A stretch of 64,000 bases of DNA from Chrysemys picta bellii (taxonomy: Eukaryota), in assembly GCF_011386835.1 (NCBI RefSeq), contig NC_088791.1, forward strand, positions 94,364,001 to 94,428,000, read 5' to 3'. The notes beneath the pieces were generated by a model. That model made no database searches, was not told where the DNA came from, and saw nothing but the letters and a program-made list of their open reading frames with translations. Positions 35,445 to 46,725 of this stretch are shown here, piece after piece. The translations under genes and the position numbers were made by a program. How positions within the stretch are numbered: the first letter of the stretch is position 1; each line of letters begins with the position of its first letter.

Positions 35445-36150
35445 GGGAGAACAGGGGAGCATTGCCCCCCCAAACCAGAGGTGACATGGAGTCACGTCAC
35501 ATCTCTCCTCTCCCCCGACCCAGATTTCTGTCTTCCATTTAGCATAAAGGTTTTCAAACCATGTGACACATCACCCTGTCCCACAGTTTGAAAACTATCA
35601 CCTCCTGCCAGGAGCTGGCAGATCGGAAGCTGGAGGGAGCATCTCGTGGCAGCCGGGCTCCGCTGGCAGGGACCAGTTCCTGGGGGTGTTGTTGGTCAGT
35701 GCCAGGCTCCTTCAGGGCAGAGGCAAGAGTGCGTCAAAGCGCAGCCTGGAGTTGTGCCACCCACCCTGCCTGGGGAGCGCCTGGCCGTGCAGAGGCAGTT
35801 CAGCTTGGGGAGCAGGGCAGGGAGGGCTGCTGGGCTTCCAGCCAGTACCCTGGCTCCCTCAGTGTGGAGAGCCAGGGCCCCAAGCAGTTCCCTCCAGCTT
35901 CCGATCCGCTGGCTCCTGGCAGGAGGCGATAGTTTTCAAACTGTGGGGCACTTCCTCCTAGGGGGATACGCCACAGTTTGAAAACCTCTGTGCTAAATGG
36001 AAGGCTAAAATTGGGGGTGGGAGGGAGGGGCACATGACCCTGCATGCTCCCCCACACGCCACTTCTGCTTCCCTGGGGCCTGGGACCCTGCGTGTCCATG
36101 CCCCCCATGTCACCTCTGGGGGGCATGTGACCCTGTCCCCCCCCCCCACC
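35445..36150. repeat. Foldback element with nested inverted repeats in CBY1 intron 1
   Basis: 59-bp arms 35580-35638 / 35889-35947 (4 mismatches); further arms near 35521/36010 and 35475-35489 / 36105-36119. Confidence 0.8.
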
Positions 36151-36539
36151 CCCAAATATAGTAGTCAAACTACATCTATTCTTCTATGTAGTCTCTTCTC
36201 CTGCACCAGAATTCACCTACCAGTTTCTGTACATTGGTTCAGTGTTTATATCCTACGTTCCATGGGGCCTGCAGAGTCCCAAGCTGGAAGTGCTTTAGTT
36301 TACTGGCTTGGCAGGCTTGAGAACACTTCCCCGGGGGGGCCCAGGAAGGACAGATGGGCTCTTCCACAACATGCTACAAAAGAATTGCTTGAATAGCTCC
36401 GCTTACTGCAGTGCTAAAACCCCTGGGATACGCCCCCAGAAATCCTCGCGCCTAACCCAGGCTACTGCAGTGCCAGTGTGGATGTGGCTACAGGGGTGAC
36501 AGCTGAGTAGGGCTCAGCAGGGTGGACGGTCACATATGG

Positions 36540-37950
36540 GCGTGGCTAGCCCAGGTTCCCAGATCCGGGCAGTGAAGACGCAGCCCTGACTCACTTCTCC
36601 CTTTGAAACCCTGCGGCCGGGCAGCAGCTCCCCCGGGAGGCCTCAATGTGCCCTGTGTCTCCGCAGAGGTCACCCAGGAGCCGTGCAGCGCGCTCCCCGC
36701 GGCCCCTCCCTTGGGATCTGGTCACCCCCCTGCCTGGCTGGGGCTGCTACAGGGAGCCCGTCACCGCAGCGACACGCGCGTGTGTCTGGGGGGGGGTATT
36801 GGGGTGTCAGTGGAGATTGTGGACATTGTCTCTTTAAATCAAAAACGAGGCTGAAACATCCGGGTCCCCCTACCTTTCTAGTACCCGCGCGGCGGGAAAG
36901 CTCATAGTCCTCACCTCACCTGCACCACTCTGGCCTTGTAGCCCACCGCCGGCTGTCTTGCGCATGCGTATCTGACGCCTTCGAAGTCCGTAGCTGTTTG
37001 CGGAGGCGGAACGGGCCATACCACCTCGATGGAAGAGGGTTAGGACTCTACCACTGGGAAGAGGGGAAGGCCGGGAACTGGTAGAACGTTATTCTGTATA
37101 AGGGCATACGTTAAAGTACATCATCTCCACAGGGATCTGCTCATGAATGGAACGATCCGTATTCAGCACCCCTGAGAGTTCAGAGATATGAATCGGTATC
37201 AGATGTCAGACCCCCCCCTTCCCCAGCCCGGAATGGTAGTGTCGGACTCGCCAGTGGTCACGCGTGGGGAGACTCTGAAGCTAGACAGTACCATGGAAGA
37301 GGGAGGTGAGTGCGAGCCAACGGCATTCTCTCTCTACCTCACCTCGAGTTCCTTGTCTCCCTCCTCCCCCACCCAATGGGAGCGGTCCCTCCCTTCGGAG
37401 TGCGGAGGAGAATGGTTTACGCCGCAGGGTTGCCATGGTGATAGAGGGACGCCTAGCGAGGCCAGATATAATGATCCCGCGCTGGAGACTTCTCCCGCCT
37501 AGCGCCTCCTGGGGGCTCCCGCAAGCGCTGCGGTGAGCCGTGCGCGGGCAGCACCCCCCCGGCAGGCTCCTGGGCGGGCGGGCGGCAGCGGCCGGGGGGC
37601 GGGGCTTTCTCCCTCCCGGGCTGTGTCCGCGCCCGGCGCCCCCCAGCGGGGGTTCAGCCGCTCTCGGCGCTGTGAGCCCCGCCCGTACGAAGCAGGAGGT
37701 GACGTTGCGCCCCCGAGCGGCGTCAGGAGGCGCTGGGAGCCCGGGCGGGGCTGGCGGCGGGGTTACAAATCCCTCCTGCGCTGAGGCTCTGCGCTGCAGC
37801 CGCTGGCAGCCCGGGGGGGCTTTAGGGGCCTTTGTAGCCTCCCAGCTCCGAGCTGCTCCAGGGGCTGAACTGGCAACGTGGGCAGCCCGAGGGCTCCGTT
37901 CAGTTCCGGCAGCCTGTCCGGGGCTGCCGATGGGCAGGGGAGGAGGCGCT
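36540..37950. promoter_or_regulatory. CBY1/FAM227A bidirectional CpG-island promoter with NRF1 site and RFX X-box (37429-37442)
   Basis: CpG-dense; divergent splice donors at 36919 (-), 37306 (+) and 37533 (+); GTTGCCATGGTGAT. Confidence 0.75.
36920..36990 (-). other. CBY1: Putative CBY1 non-coding exon 1 (5' boundary approximate)
   Basis: CAG|GTGAGG donor at 36919-36918; NRF1 palindrome TGCGCATGCG at 36959-36968. Confidence 0.5.
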
Positions 37951-38059
37951 ACCCCAGTGCCCCCTGCCCCGTGGGGCCTGCGTGTACCAGCTCCAGTCTG
38001 GCAAACAGGGGCGGGGGTGACACTTGAGACACAACAACCAACCCTGCCATGTCCTAGTC

Positions 38060-38372
38060 CAGGGGTCGGCAACCTTTCAGAAGTGGTGTGCCAAATCTTC
38101 ATTTATTCACTCTAATTTAAGGTTTCACGTGCCAGTCATACATTTTAACGTTTTTAGAAGGTCTCTTTCTATAAGTCTATAATATATAACTAAACTATTG
38201 TTGTATGTAAAGTAAATATGTTTTTTAAAATGTTTAAGAAACTTCATTTAAAATTAAATTAAAATGCAGAGCCCCCCCCGGACCGGTGGCCAGGACCCGG
38301 GCAGTGTGAGTGCCACTGAAAATCAGCTCGCGTGCCGCCTTTGGCACGCGTGCCATAGGTTGCCTACCCCTG
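38060..38372. mobile_element. 313-bp hAT-Charlie MITE
   Basis: TIR CAGGGGTCGGCAACCT / AGGTTGCCTACCCCTG; perfect TSD TCCTAGTC. Confidence 0.92.
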
Positions 38373-38414
38373 TCCTAGTCACTTCCCAAAAAGATGTGCT
38401 TTTGAGGAGCTGTG

Positions 38415-38625
38415 GTGGTGGTGTAGCCCTGTTGGTCCCAGGGTGTGTGAGACACAACGTGGGTGAGATAATAGCTTGTATTGGATCAACTTCTGAGGGT
38501 GAAAGAGGAGACAAGCTTTCCAGGTCGCTCCTCTTGAGACCTTCAGCTCTGGTGTTGATTAAAAGTTCTTCTCTTTCATCAGTAGAAGTTGGTCCAGTAA
38601 AAGATATTATCTCACTCACCGTGTC
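38415..38625. mobile_element. Decayed Penelope-like inverted pLTR fragment
   Basis: Arms GGGTGAGATAATAGCTTGTATTGGATCAACTTCT and AGAAGTTGGTCCAGTAAAAGATATTATCTCACTC; GAGACAAGCTTTC in the centre. Confidence 0.6.
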
Positions 38626-39439
38626 CCTCTTAAGGAAACTCATTTCATCAGGACAGAGGGCCACTTCTCCACTCTTTCCTCCTAACCAGCTGCTTTCCCA
38701 GATTCTCAAATGGGAATTATCTTGGTTAGTATTTTCATACAGGAACTCTTGACACGTCTGCTTGCTGCTCATTCGCTGGAGGAATGCCCAGACATCTCAC
38801 ATCATACCCTAAAAATGCTACCAAACCCTGATAGTTTAATATCGCCCTCCTTCACTCCAAAGTTTCTCTGACCTTCCACACATTTCCCATTTATTATTAT
38901 TTATTATAGTGTTATAGGTGTGTAAGGCACTGTACAAGTAAAGTATATAACAAAGTGCCTGCCCCAAGGAAATTACAGTTAAAATTATAAAATTAAAATA
39001 TACAATAAAATTGTATTATTATAATACAAATAAATACAGTGTATATATCAGGGAGAAAACAAGAGGTCACAAAACAAGTGTTATCTGGAAACATCTGAGC
39101 TTGCTGAATCCTTACTTATGCTTTAAAACATAGCATTGTTATGGGGAGAATCGTCCTTCAACGACCTTCTCCCACTCATCTGAGCCCCACAAATCTCCTG
39201 ACCTTTCCACGTGAGGTGCAGTGTCCTTACTGCCTGTGGCAATGAAGAATTATCAAGAGGGATCTCAGTACGAACCCACTCAAAGCAAAATCCAGCAATG
39301 TTTGTCAAAGGGCATTTGGTTTTGAAGGCAGTAAAGTGGGAGAGAGGAAGAAGAAAAGAGGTTCTATAAAAATATTTTTGTAATGGAAATGTTTTGTCCC
39401 CACTTTGCTAGGAATTAGTTTATATTTTGCACTGGAAAC

Positions 39440-39566
39440 ATGGCAGCCTTAAATAATACTTCACCGATGAACCCATTCCAAGAATTTATGGGGGTATTGC
39501 CCCTGCAACAAGCAAAGGAGACTGAGAAGTTGGACATGCAGCAGAGCCTAAATGAGAAACCTTCAT
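39440..39566 (+). CDS. FAM227A: FAM227A first coding exon (MAALNNTSPMNPFQEF...SLNEKPS)
   Basis: TAG acceptor at 39411; weak similarity to human MEVINLTTLPM...ENNPP; weak donor T|GTATCT gives the phase 1 needed by the next exon. Confidence 0.65.
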
Positions 39567-40326
39567 GTATCTTCTGCCAGTGAACAATCAATGCTAGAAA
39601 GTCACATACTGTGTTGCTTATGTAGGCCAAGCTGTATGCCCAGATGGGCACTTTGTGCTTCCACTCCAGCCAAGCCCCTTGCCCCCATCCCCCACGATGG
39701 GCAGAACTCTGATTTTGATAAACAGTGGAAATCAAGCTTTTGGGGTTTCTAAAATCAGTTTTGGGGTTTTTTTGGTTTCTGATTTTTATCAACATCAATA
39801 GGGTTCTGTTCAGTGTGTGGGTGTGGCAGCTAAGGGCTCCACTAACCCTAACTGAACTCTAATGATGAGGTCACCATCTCACCCTATATCCTCAGTGACT
39901 AAATAGGGATTTTAATGGAAATCAGGGTTTTCTAAGTTTCTGACTTTCACCAAAATCAATAGGGTTCTGCCCATTGATACCTAGAGGATTTCCTGAGATT
40001 CTGGAATTGATCCGATGTGATTTTCAACAATGATCATGTTACAGACACACAAAGAAATGTCATTGAGTTGAGTGTGAGGGGTTGCTTCACTTGGCCAACT
40101 AAACATAACTCACCACGGTTTGGGCTGTTCTAATAAGGGCATGATGCTGAGATTTCAGCAGTTAAGAACTGCTCAGATGCAGGGGAAGGGAAAGGTAAGA
40201 CTTGATTTGTTTCATCAGCACTTGGTTTGTAATAGCCCAAACTTGTTGACTGTCAGTAAATGGTTGGGGAGATTTTGCTGTTATATTTCTTGATGACTGG
40301 CTAATGTATTGTGCTGTGAAGGTTAT

Positions 40327-41420
40327 TGTGACATCACTCAGGGTACACTCTAGACTGTTGAACAGCTGTGTCCCCTCAATTCTCCAATCAGAGGTGCCTT
40401 TACACTGCTTTGCTGGGAGAACAACCACTCCTGGCCAGTTCACATACAGCATCTAGCATGCAAAATCACTCCTAGCTGAATTACCAGCCACTCATGAATT
40501 CCATACAGGGCGATACCAGCAAACTCCCAGTCCCAGACTTTCCCCCAGAAATGTGGCTTATATTGCCCAGCTCTCTACTGGATGATGCAACCTCATATAA
40601 AGTCTGTCAATTCATCAGTAGAAAATGATATGCACAAACCTTGTTATCTCAAGCGGAGGTTCCCAAACACTTCAATCCAAACACACTGGTTTAGACAAAA
40701 CAATAAAACAAGTTTATTAACTACAGAAAGATAGATTTTAAGTGATTACAAGTAAAGAGGCATAAAAGTCAGAATTGGTCACAAAGAAAATAAAAAGATA
40801 AAATGCAAACTAGTATGTAACTTACCAAGCTAAGTAGATTCAAAGCAAAGGTTTTTCTCATCACCTGCTCTTTGTAGTCTTTAATGGCTGGAAGCTTTTA
40901 GGCCTCCCCCAGTTCAGTGTCTCTTCAGGCATTGTTGCTGCCATGAGCAGAGAAGTAGAGTAGAGAGGTAATTTGTGTGTGTTCTCTGTTCTTACACCAC
41001 TCCCTTCTCTTTGAGGATTATCTCCAGCTGGGGTTCAGGTGATAGCCGGTCTGTTTACATGGGAATCCCCAGTTCTATTGTCAATATGTAAAGTTCTTGC
41101 TTACACCTTTCTTCCTGCCAAAGAATGGCCATTTAACTAGGTGATGGTCCCCTTGACTTTGTTGACACCAGGCTAAGGTGTTGGTTGTCTTTTCTTTCTG
41201 ATGAACTTGTTTGTGCCTGCTTTTCTAAATTTGGATCTGTTACAGCAATATTATACAGTAGAATCTTGTAACTTTTTACATACAATTTTGCCACACACAT
41301 TTTACCAGGACAATAATGTTCAGCACGTTGATTTTTTGAAGTGATACCTCAATAAGGCATACTTAGTACAACATTTATCATGGTCTTGTAAAAAGGGTGA
41401 ACATGGGGTACAGACTGTAT
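40327..41420. mobile_element. Solo LTR-like sequence (Gypsy-type)
   Basis: Begins TGTGACA, ends ...GGGGTACAGACTGT; TTTATT inside suggests minus orientation; no TSD confirmed. Confidence 0.45.
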
Positions 41421-41798
41421 TTATTGGTATGGAATGTATTTTAATGGATGGCAGGGTGTCTACAGCCTATGAGAAGCATCTCTTTGAGGCAAAATCAAAA
41501 TATATATTCCTTCCATTTTAATTTTTCAAGGGCTCCCCAATTTGCCAAACATTTTGTTGGTAGTCCAAAGTCTGCAGCTCCACTGTATGGATACCAGTTG
41601 CAACGGGTTTGGAGGCTTTTCTGAAAAGATTTGGATTGTGTAGTTAGTGAGATGAGTCAGGGCTGCAGAGACAGGGGAAACAAGTCAAAGAGGGAGAATC
41701 AGAGTATCAGAAAAAGAGTAGCAGCATGATTTTTTGTCTGGTTTGTTACACCTATTAATATTCTCCAAAGAGTTTCCTTAACATACCTACCTTCTCAG

Positions 41799-41884
41799 TG
41801 TGCCCAATTGGCAGTATGCAGAAAGTGAACCAGAAAATTGCACATTTGCGACTGGAGCTGGAGAAATTCCACACTGGTGACCTG
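41799..41884 (+). CDS. FAM227A: FAM227A exon (CPIGSMQKVNQKIAHLRLELEKFHTGDL)
   Basis: CTCAG acceptor, CTG|GTGAGT donor; resembles human CLIGSMHQVNQKIADINL. Confidence 0.88.
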
Positions 41885-41937
41885 GTGAGTAAAGACAGTT
41901 TGCTGCAGCATATGCAAGGAAAAGCATAGACTTAGTA

Positions 41938-42952
41938 CGCCTGGGGGAATTCTGCGCCACTGTGCACACACATAATTAATGAGCCATGCATATTTTTATT
42001 TTTTTGTACAGAAAAAAGCTTCTGCAGAAAAGTTGCTGCGGTTCTGCCTTTTGCCCACCGGCGGGTGCTGTGGCGATAGAACACAGAGAGCCTGCAGAGC
42101 CTTCTTTGCAGCATCTGTAGGGCCAGTTCAGGAGACAGGGACTATGTGGAGACAGACAGTGTGGGGCTACTGGGGGGTCAGACATGGGCTCATAAAGGCT
42201 AGTGTGGGAGGACAGACTGGGGCAGGGGCTCAATGGGAGTGGAGGCTCAGGGCCACAGGGGGAAGGGAGGTGCATGGCCACATAGTGATGGGGAGGGGGT
42301 GCAAAGCCACATAGGGACAGGGGAGTGGCTCAGTGGGGGCACAGAGACACAGGGGCAGGGAGTACAGGGCCATGTGGGGATGGGGGAGTGGGTGTCGGAG
42401 TGGGGGTGGAGGGACACTTGTGCTTGACTGAGAGAGGCTAGGAGTCAGCAAGGATCTGCATGGGGGAAGTTCCCTAACAGTCCCTTGCTGTCCCCCCCAA
42501 AAAACTCTTCTATACTTTTCCTAGCCATACCCAACAACCCTCCAAGTTCACACGCAGGCTGCTTCCCAGCAATTATTTCCCTCCCCCTCAGCTCCTCCGT
42601 TACCCTTGACTCCCCCAGCCTTTGCACAGCTTCTGGGAAGTGCAGGAAATATGGTTCTGTATTGTAGTTTTAATGAATTATTACTCAGAGTTCTGTATTA
42701 ATATGCCTAGTAAGGAATTTATTTGTCAAAAAGCATTTTCTGAATCTTTTTTTGTTGTCTGTATTGTTACAGACATACTTGCTGGCAGGTATTTTGAAAT
42801 GAATGACCAAAAATAATTGAAACTGGATTATATTGTGTTATTTTGAAAAATAAAATATGCAGAATTTTGCAGAATCTGAGAATATTATTCACAGAATCTT
42901 TACTTTTTTGTTGCAGAATTTTTAATTTTTTGGCACAGAATTCCCCCAGGTG
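41938..42952. mobile_element. About 1-kb TA-flanked non-autonomous DNA transposon
   Basis: 22-bp TIR CGCCTGGGGGAATTCTGCGCCA (20 of 22 match); TA on both sides. Confidence 0.88.
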
Positions 42953-43410
42953 TAATTTAGGAGTGTCTCCTAATGGTACATTTGGGCAATGCATCATTCC
43001 AGCAGGGTAGATGTTGCAAAATAGTGGCCTCCTAACGCTTCCGAGGAGAGTAGGTGCTGGAAATTACTGAGTCCTTTAAAGGGGGGGGAAATTATAGGAG
43101 GACACCCCCAAAATTAGAACAGAATCTTGCAGCTTTGAATGGGCATTTTGTGAATTAACTGGATTTTGTGTGTGTAGGTATGTATGTAGTAGGGAGAGGA
43201 AAGAGAATGGAAGAGCAATGGCAGGAAAGATAACAGAAAAAGGAAGCAGGAGAAAGAGTTAATTGATTGTAGAATTATATTTCAGAACTGAAAACATTTG
43301 AGCTCAAATAGCTGCTTTAGGAGTCTGGGGTCCTTTTGTTCCCAAGCCCCAAAACTTAGTGTGGAATTAATCCCTAACACCAATTGTTGTTGTTTTTGTT
43401 ATTGTTGAAG

Positions 43411-43501
43411 GTGATTGAGGATTTGGAATCATTAAAGAGATACTCTGGACAGAAGAGCTTCAGAAGAGAGAAAAAGCACTTCAAGACATCCAGGGACAGA
43501 G
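43411..43501 (+). CDS. FAM227A: FAM227A candidate exon (VIEDLESLKRYSGQKSFRREKKHFKTSRDR); would need a GC donor
   Basis: T-rich tract and AAG acceptor; phase 0 to 1 is required to join the neighbours; no GT before the in-frame TAA at 43516. Confidence 0.5.
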
Positions 43502-43937
43502 GCACACATGCTTTCTAATTACATATCTTTGGGGTTGTTATTGGGGAGATGAGTACAGCTTAAGGTGCTCCAGATCAGGACATTTCCTGCCAATGAATAC
43601 TGGGGTATTAATGATCCCCCTTCCAGTGGAGTCCCACATTAGGACATTTCCTGCAATCTCCAGATTGAAATGCCACCGGCATCTCCAGCAGCTCACACCC
43701 TCCTTGAGTATTTGCCCTAGCAAAAAGTAATTTTACCATGTAATTTTTGAAATTCTGAATGTATAAATAGTGTGTGCCCTCATGTCCTGGAGACAGTTCT
43801 AGATTCCTGATCAGGACTTTGAAACAAACAAAGATACCTCTTGCAGAGAATCCATGACAAGTTTTGAGCCCAGTGAATAATTGGGACAGGGTTTGGGGAG
43901 TTTAGGCCCTGAATCTGTGAATACTTATGCCCATGCT

Positions 43938-45294
43938 CAGGGCTGGCCTTTGGGGTAGGCTGTACGGCCCTTGCCCAGTGCGGCCTGCCCAAGGGGGCGT
44001 TGTGCGCAGGGTTTGGATTTCCACCTGACCTGCTGCCGAGAGGCCAGCTGGGCTGATGGAGGCGGCAGGGCAGGCAGGTGAGCAGCAGCGTAGGGGAGGG
44101 GGAGAAACCTGAGGTGCAGGCGGCAGTTGGACGACCAGTCCTCAAGCCAGGTGACTCCTCTGGAGCAGGGATGCCCCTCCTCCACCCTGCTCCACATGTG
44201 CAGCCACTGCTGTTCCTGTCCCACCCACTCCCTTTGGACTGGGAGCATCCTCCTGTCTGCTCTGCGGGGGGTGGGGCGGAGGGGTGTCCCCCTACCCGTG
44301 TACCTGATTTCCACTAAACTGGGGTGATGGGACAGGGGGGAATCTGTGTGTGCTGCTGCCTCTCTGGATCTGGAGCTGCTGGCAGCTGCTTGTGTTTGAA
44401 CAAGCCTAGTTCAGGCTCCTGACCCTGAGTGCTTTCTTAAAGAGACAGCGCACTCACTCACTCCCTCAGGAACACACATCCCCTCAACACACACACACTT
44501 TCCTTCACACACTCCTTTACACAGTCTCCCCAACACATACACCAGGGCTCCCTGCATCCAGGTCACTTCCCCACCTGGGCTGTGCTAAGGCATCAGAAGC
44601 TGCTGCTCTCCTGCCCTCCCCTTACACAGCCCGCAGGGAAAGTGACCTGGATGCAGGTCACTAGGGGGCTGTGAGGAGGAGAGCAGCAGTCCAGTGGGGG
44701 AGCAAGCAGCAATGCCAGCTGCTTTATGCATCCAGGTCAGTTTCCCAATGTGGGTGCAGGAGGGGGATGCAAGGGTTAGAGGCTCAGGAGGGGACAGGTG
44801 TTGGGGGGGCAGAGATTGGGGTGAAGGAGGTATGCACAGGGATTTGGGGCACAGGAGGGGCAGGGATGAAGAACACGGTGCAGGGGTTAGGGGCTCAGGA
44901 GGGGGCAGGTGTTGGGGTGCAGGAGGAGGGCAGGGATTGGGGTGAGGAGGCATGCACAGTGTAGAGGTTAGGGGCTCAGGAGGGAGGTGCAGGGATTGGG
45001 GCACAGGAAGGGAGTGCAGGGGTTGGGGTGAAGGGGGCACAGTGCAGAGGTTAGGGGGCACAGGAGGGGGGGCAGAGGTTGGGAGTGAAGGGGTGTAGGG
45101 ATTATGGGTGCAGGAGGGGGAGCAGGCATTTGGGACGAAGGGGGCACAGTGCAAGGGTATGGGGAGAAGGCAGGGTGGGGAGCCTGGGGAGCTCATGGGG
45201 GCAAGGGGAAATGGGGGGATGCCACGCCCATGGGGGCCAGAAGCACCAAAATGCAAGTTCGCCCAGGGTGCCATTTTCCCTAAGGCCAGCCCTG
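43938..45294. mobile_element. 1.36-kb non-autonomous hAT element with a G-rich minisatellite
   Basis: Perfect 13-bp TIR CAGGGCTGGCCTT; perfect TSD CCCATGCT at 43930-43937 and 45295-45302. Confidence 0.92.
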
Positions 45295-45719
45295 CCCATG
45301 CTGAACTTTATGCATGTAGATAGTTCTATTGAGTTCAATGGGACTATTCACGTACATAAATATTTGCAGCATTGGAACCAAAGTGAGTGGTGTGAGAATA
45401 ATCCTGCAGTATAGATATGATAAATAATATTCATTATCACATACATCATTAGCAAATCTCATTGTTTTGATTTAAGGAATCCCCAGTAACCTGGAACACA
45501 GATTGTGCATCAGCACCCCCTAAACTATTAAGAGCTAAATGTTTTGGCATTTATTTTTCAGTTGGCATGTGTAAGGCACTCATGCCTACAGTAATTGAGA
45601 ACCTCATAAAAATTAATGAATATAGCTTTGTAATGTTACTGTGAAGTGACTTGCTATCATGCGATATTTTGATTAAAAAACTAGAATGATATAAAACTAA
45701 CATGGCACACACTAAATGA

Positions 45720-46725
45720 ATTAAAAACTGGCTAACTGGTAGATTTCAAAATGGAATTGTAAATGGGGAATTGTCATTGAATGGATGTGTTTCCAGTGAA
45801 TTCCCATGGGGACAGTTCTTGGCTCTATGCTATTTAAAATTCTTATAAATGACCTGGAAGAAAACATAAAATCATCACTGATAAAGTTTGCAGCTGACAC
45901 AAAACTTGAGGGAGTGTTAAATAATGAAGAAGACATGTCACTGATTCAGAGCTATCTGCATCACTTGGTAAACTGAGTGCAAGCAAACAATATGGGTATT
46001 AATATGGTTAAATATGTACATCTATGAACAAAGAATGCAGGCCACACTTATAGGGGGAACAGTGATTGAAAAAGATTTGGGAGTGATGGTGGGTAATCAG
46101 CTGAACATGAGCTCCAGTGTGACACAGTGGCCAAAAGAGCTAATGCGATCCTGGGATGCATAAATGGGAATCTCGAGTCGGAGTAGAGAGGTTATTTTAC
46201 CTCTGTAATTGACACAGGTGCTACTACTGCTGGAATACTGTGTTCAGTTCTGGTGCCCACAATTCAAGAAGAATGTTGATAAATTGGAGAAGGTTCAGAG
46301 AAGAGCCACAAGAATGATTAAAGGATTAAAAAACATCTCTTATAGTGATAGATTGAGCTCCTTGAGTCTATCTTAACAAAGAGAAGGCTAAGGGGTGATT
46401 TGGTACAGTCTACATGGGGAACAAATATTTGATAATGGGCTCTTCACTCTAGCAGAGAAAAGTGTAATATGATCTAATGGCTGGAAGTTGAAGCTAGACA
46501 AATTCAGACTGTAAATCATAAATTTGTAATGGTGAGAGTAATTAACCATTGGAACAATTTACCAAGGGTCATGGTGGATTCTCCATCACTGGCAATTTTT
46601 TAAATCTAGATTGGATATTTTTCCTGCTCTAGGAATGATTTTGGGGAACTTCTACGGCCTGTGCTATACAGAAGGCCAGGCTAGGTGATCACAAAGGTTC
46701 CTTCTGGACCTGGAATCTATAAATC
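45720..46725 (+). mobile_element. Old CR1 RT and 3' fragment
   Basis: LIKFAADTKL-like text and a GGAATCTAT tail. Confidence 0.85.

Noticed and set aside
37281-38115. 273-aa and 191-aa ORFs
   Set aside because: GC-rich promoter plus MITE sequence; no recognisable domain
44585-45414. 229-aa Pro-rich ORF and its antisense Gly-rich ORFs
   Set aside because: Translation of the minisatellite inside an hAT element
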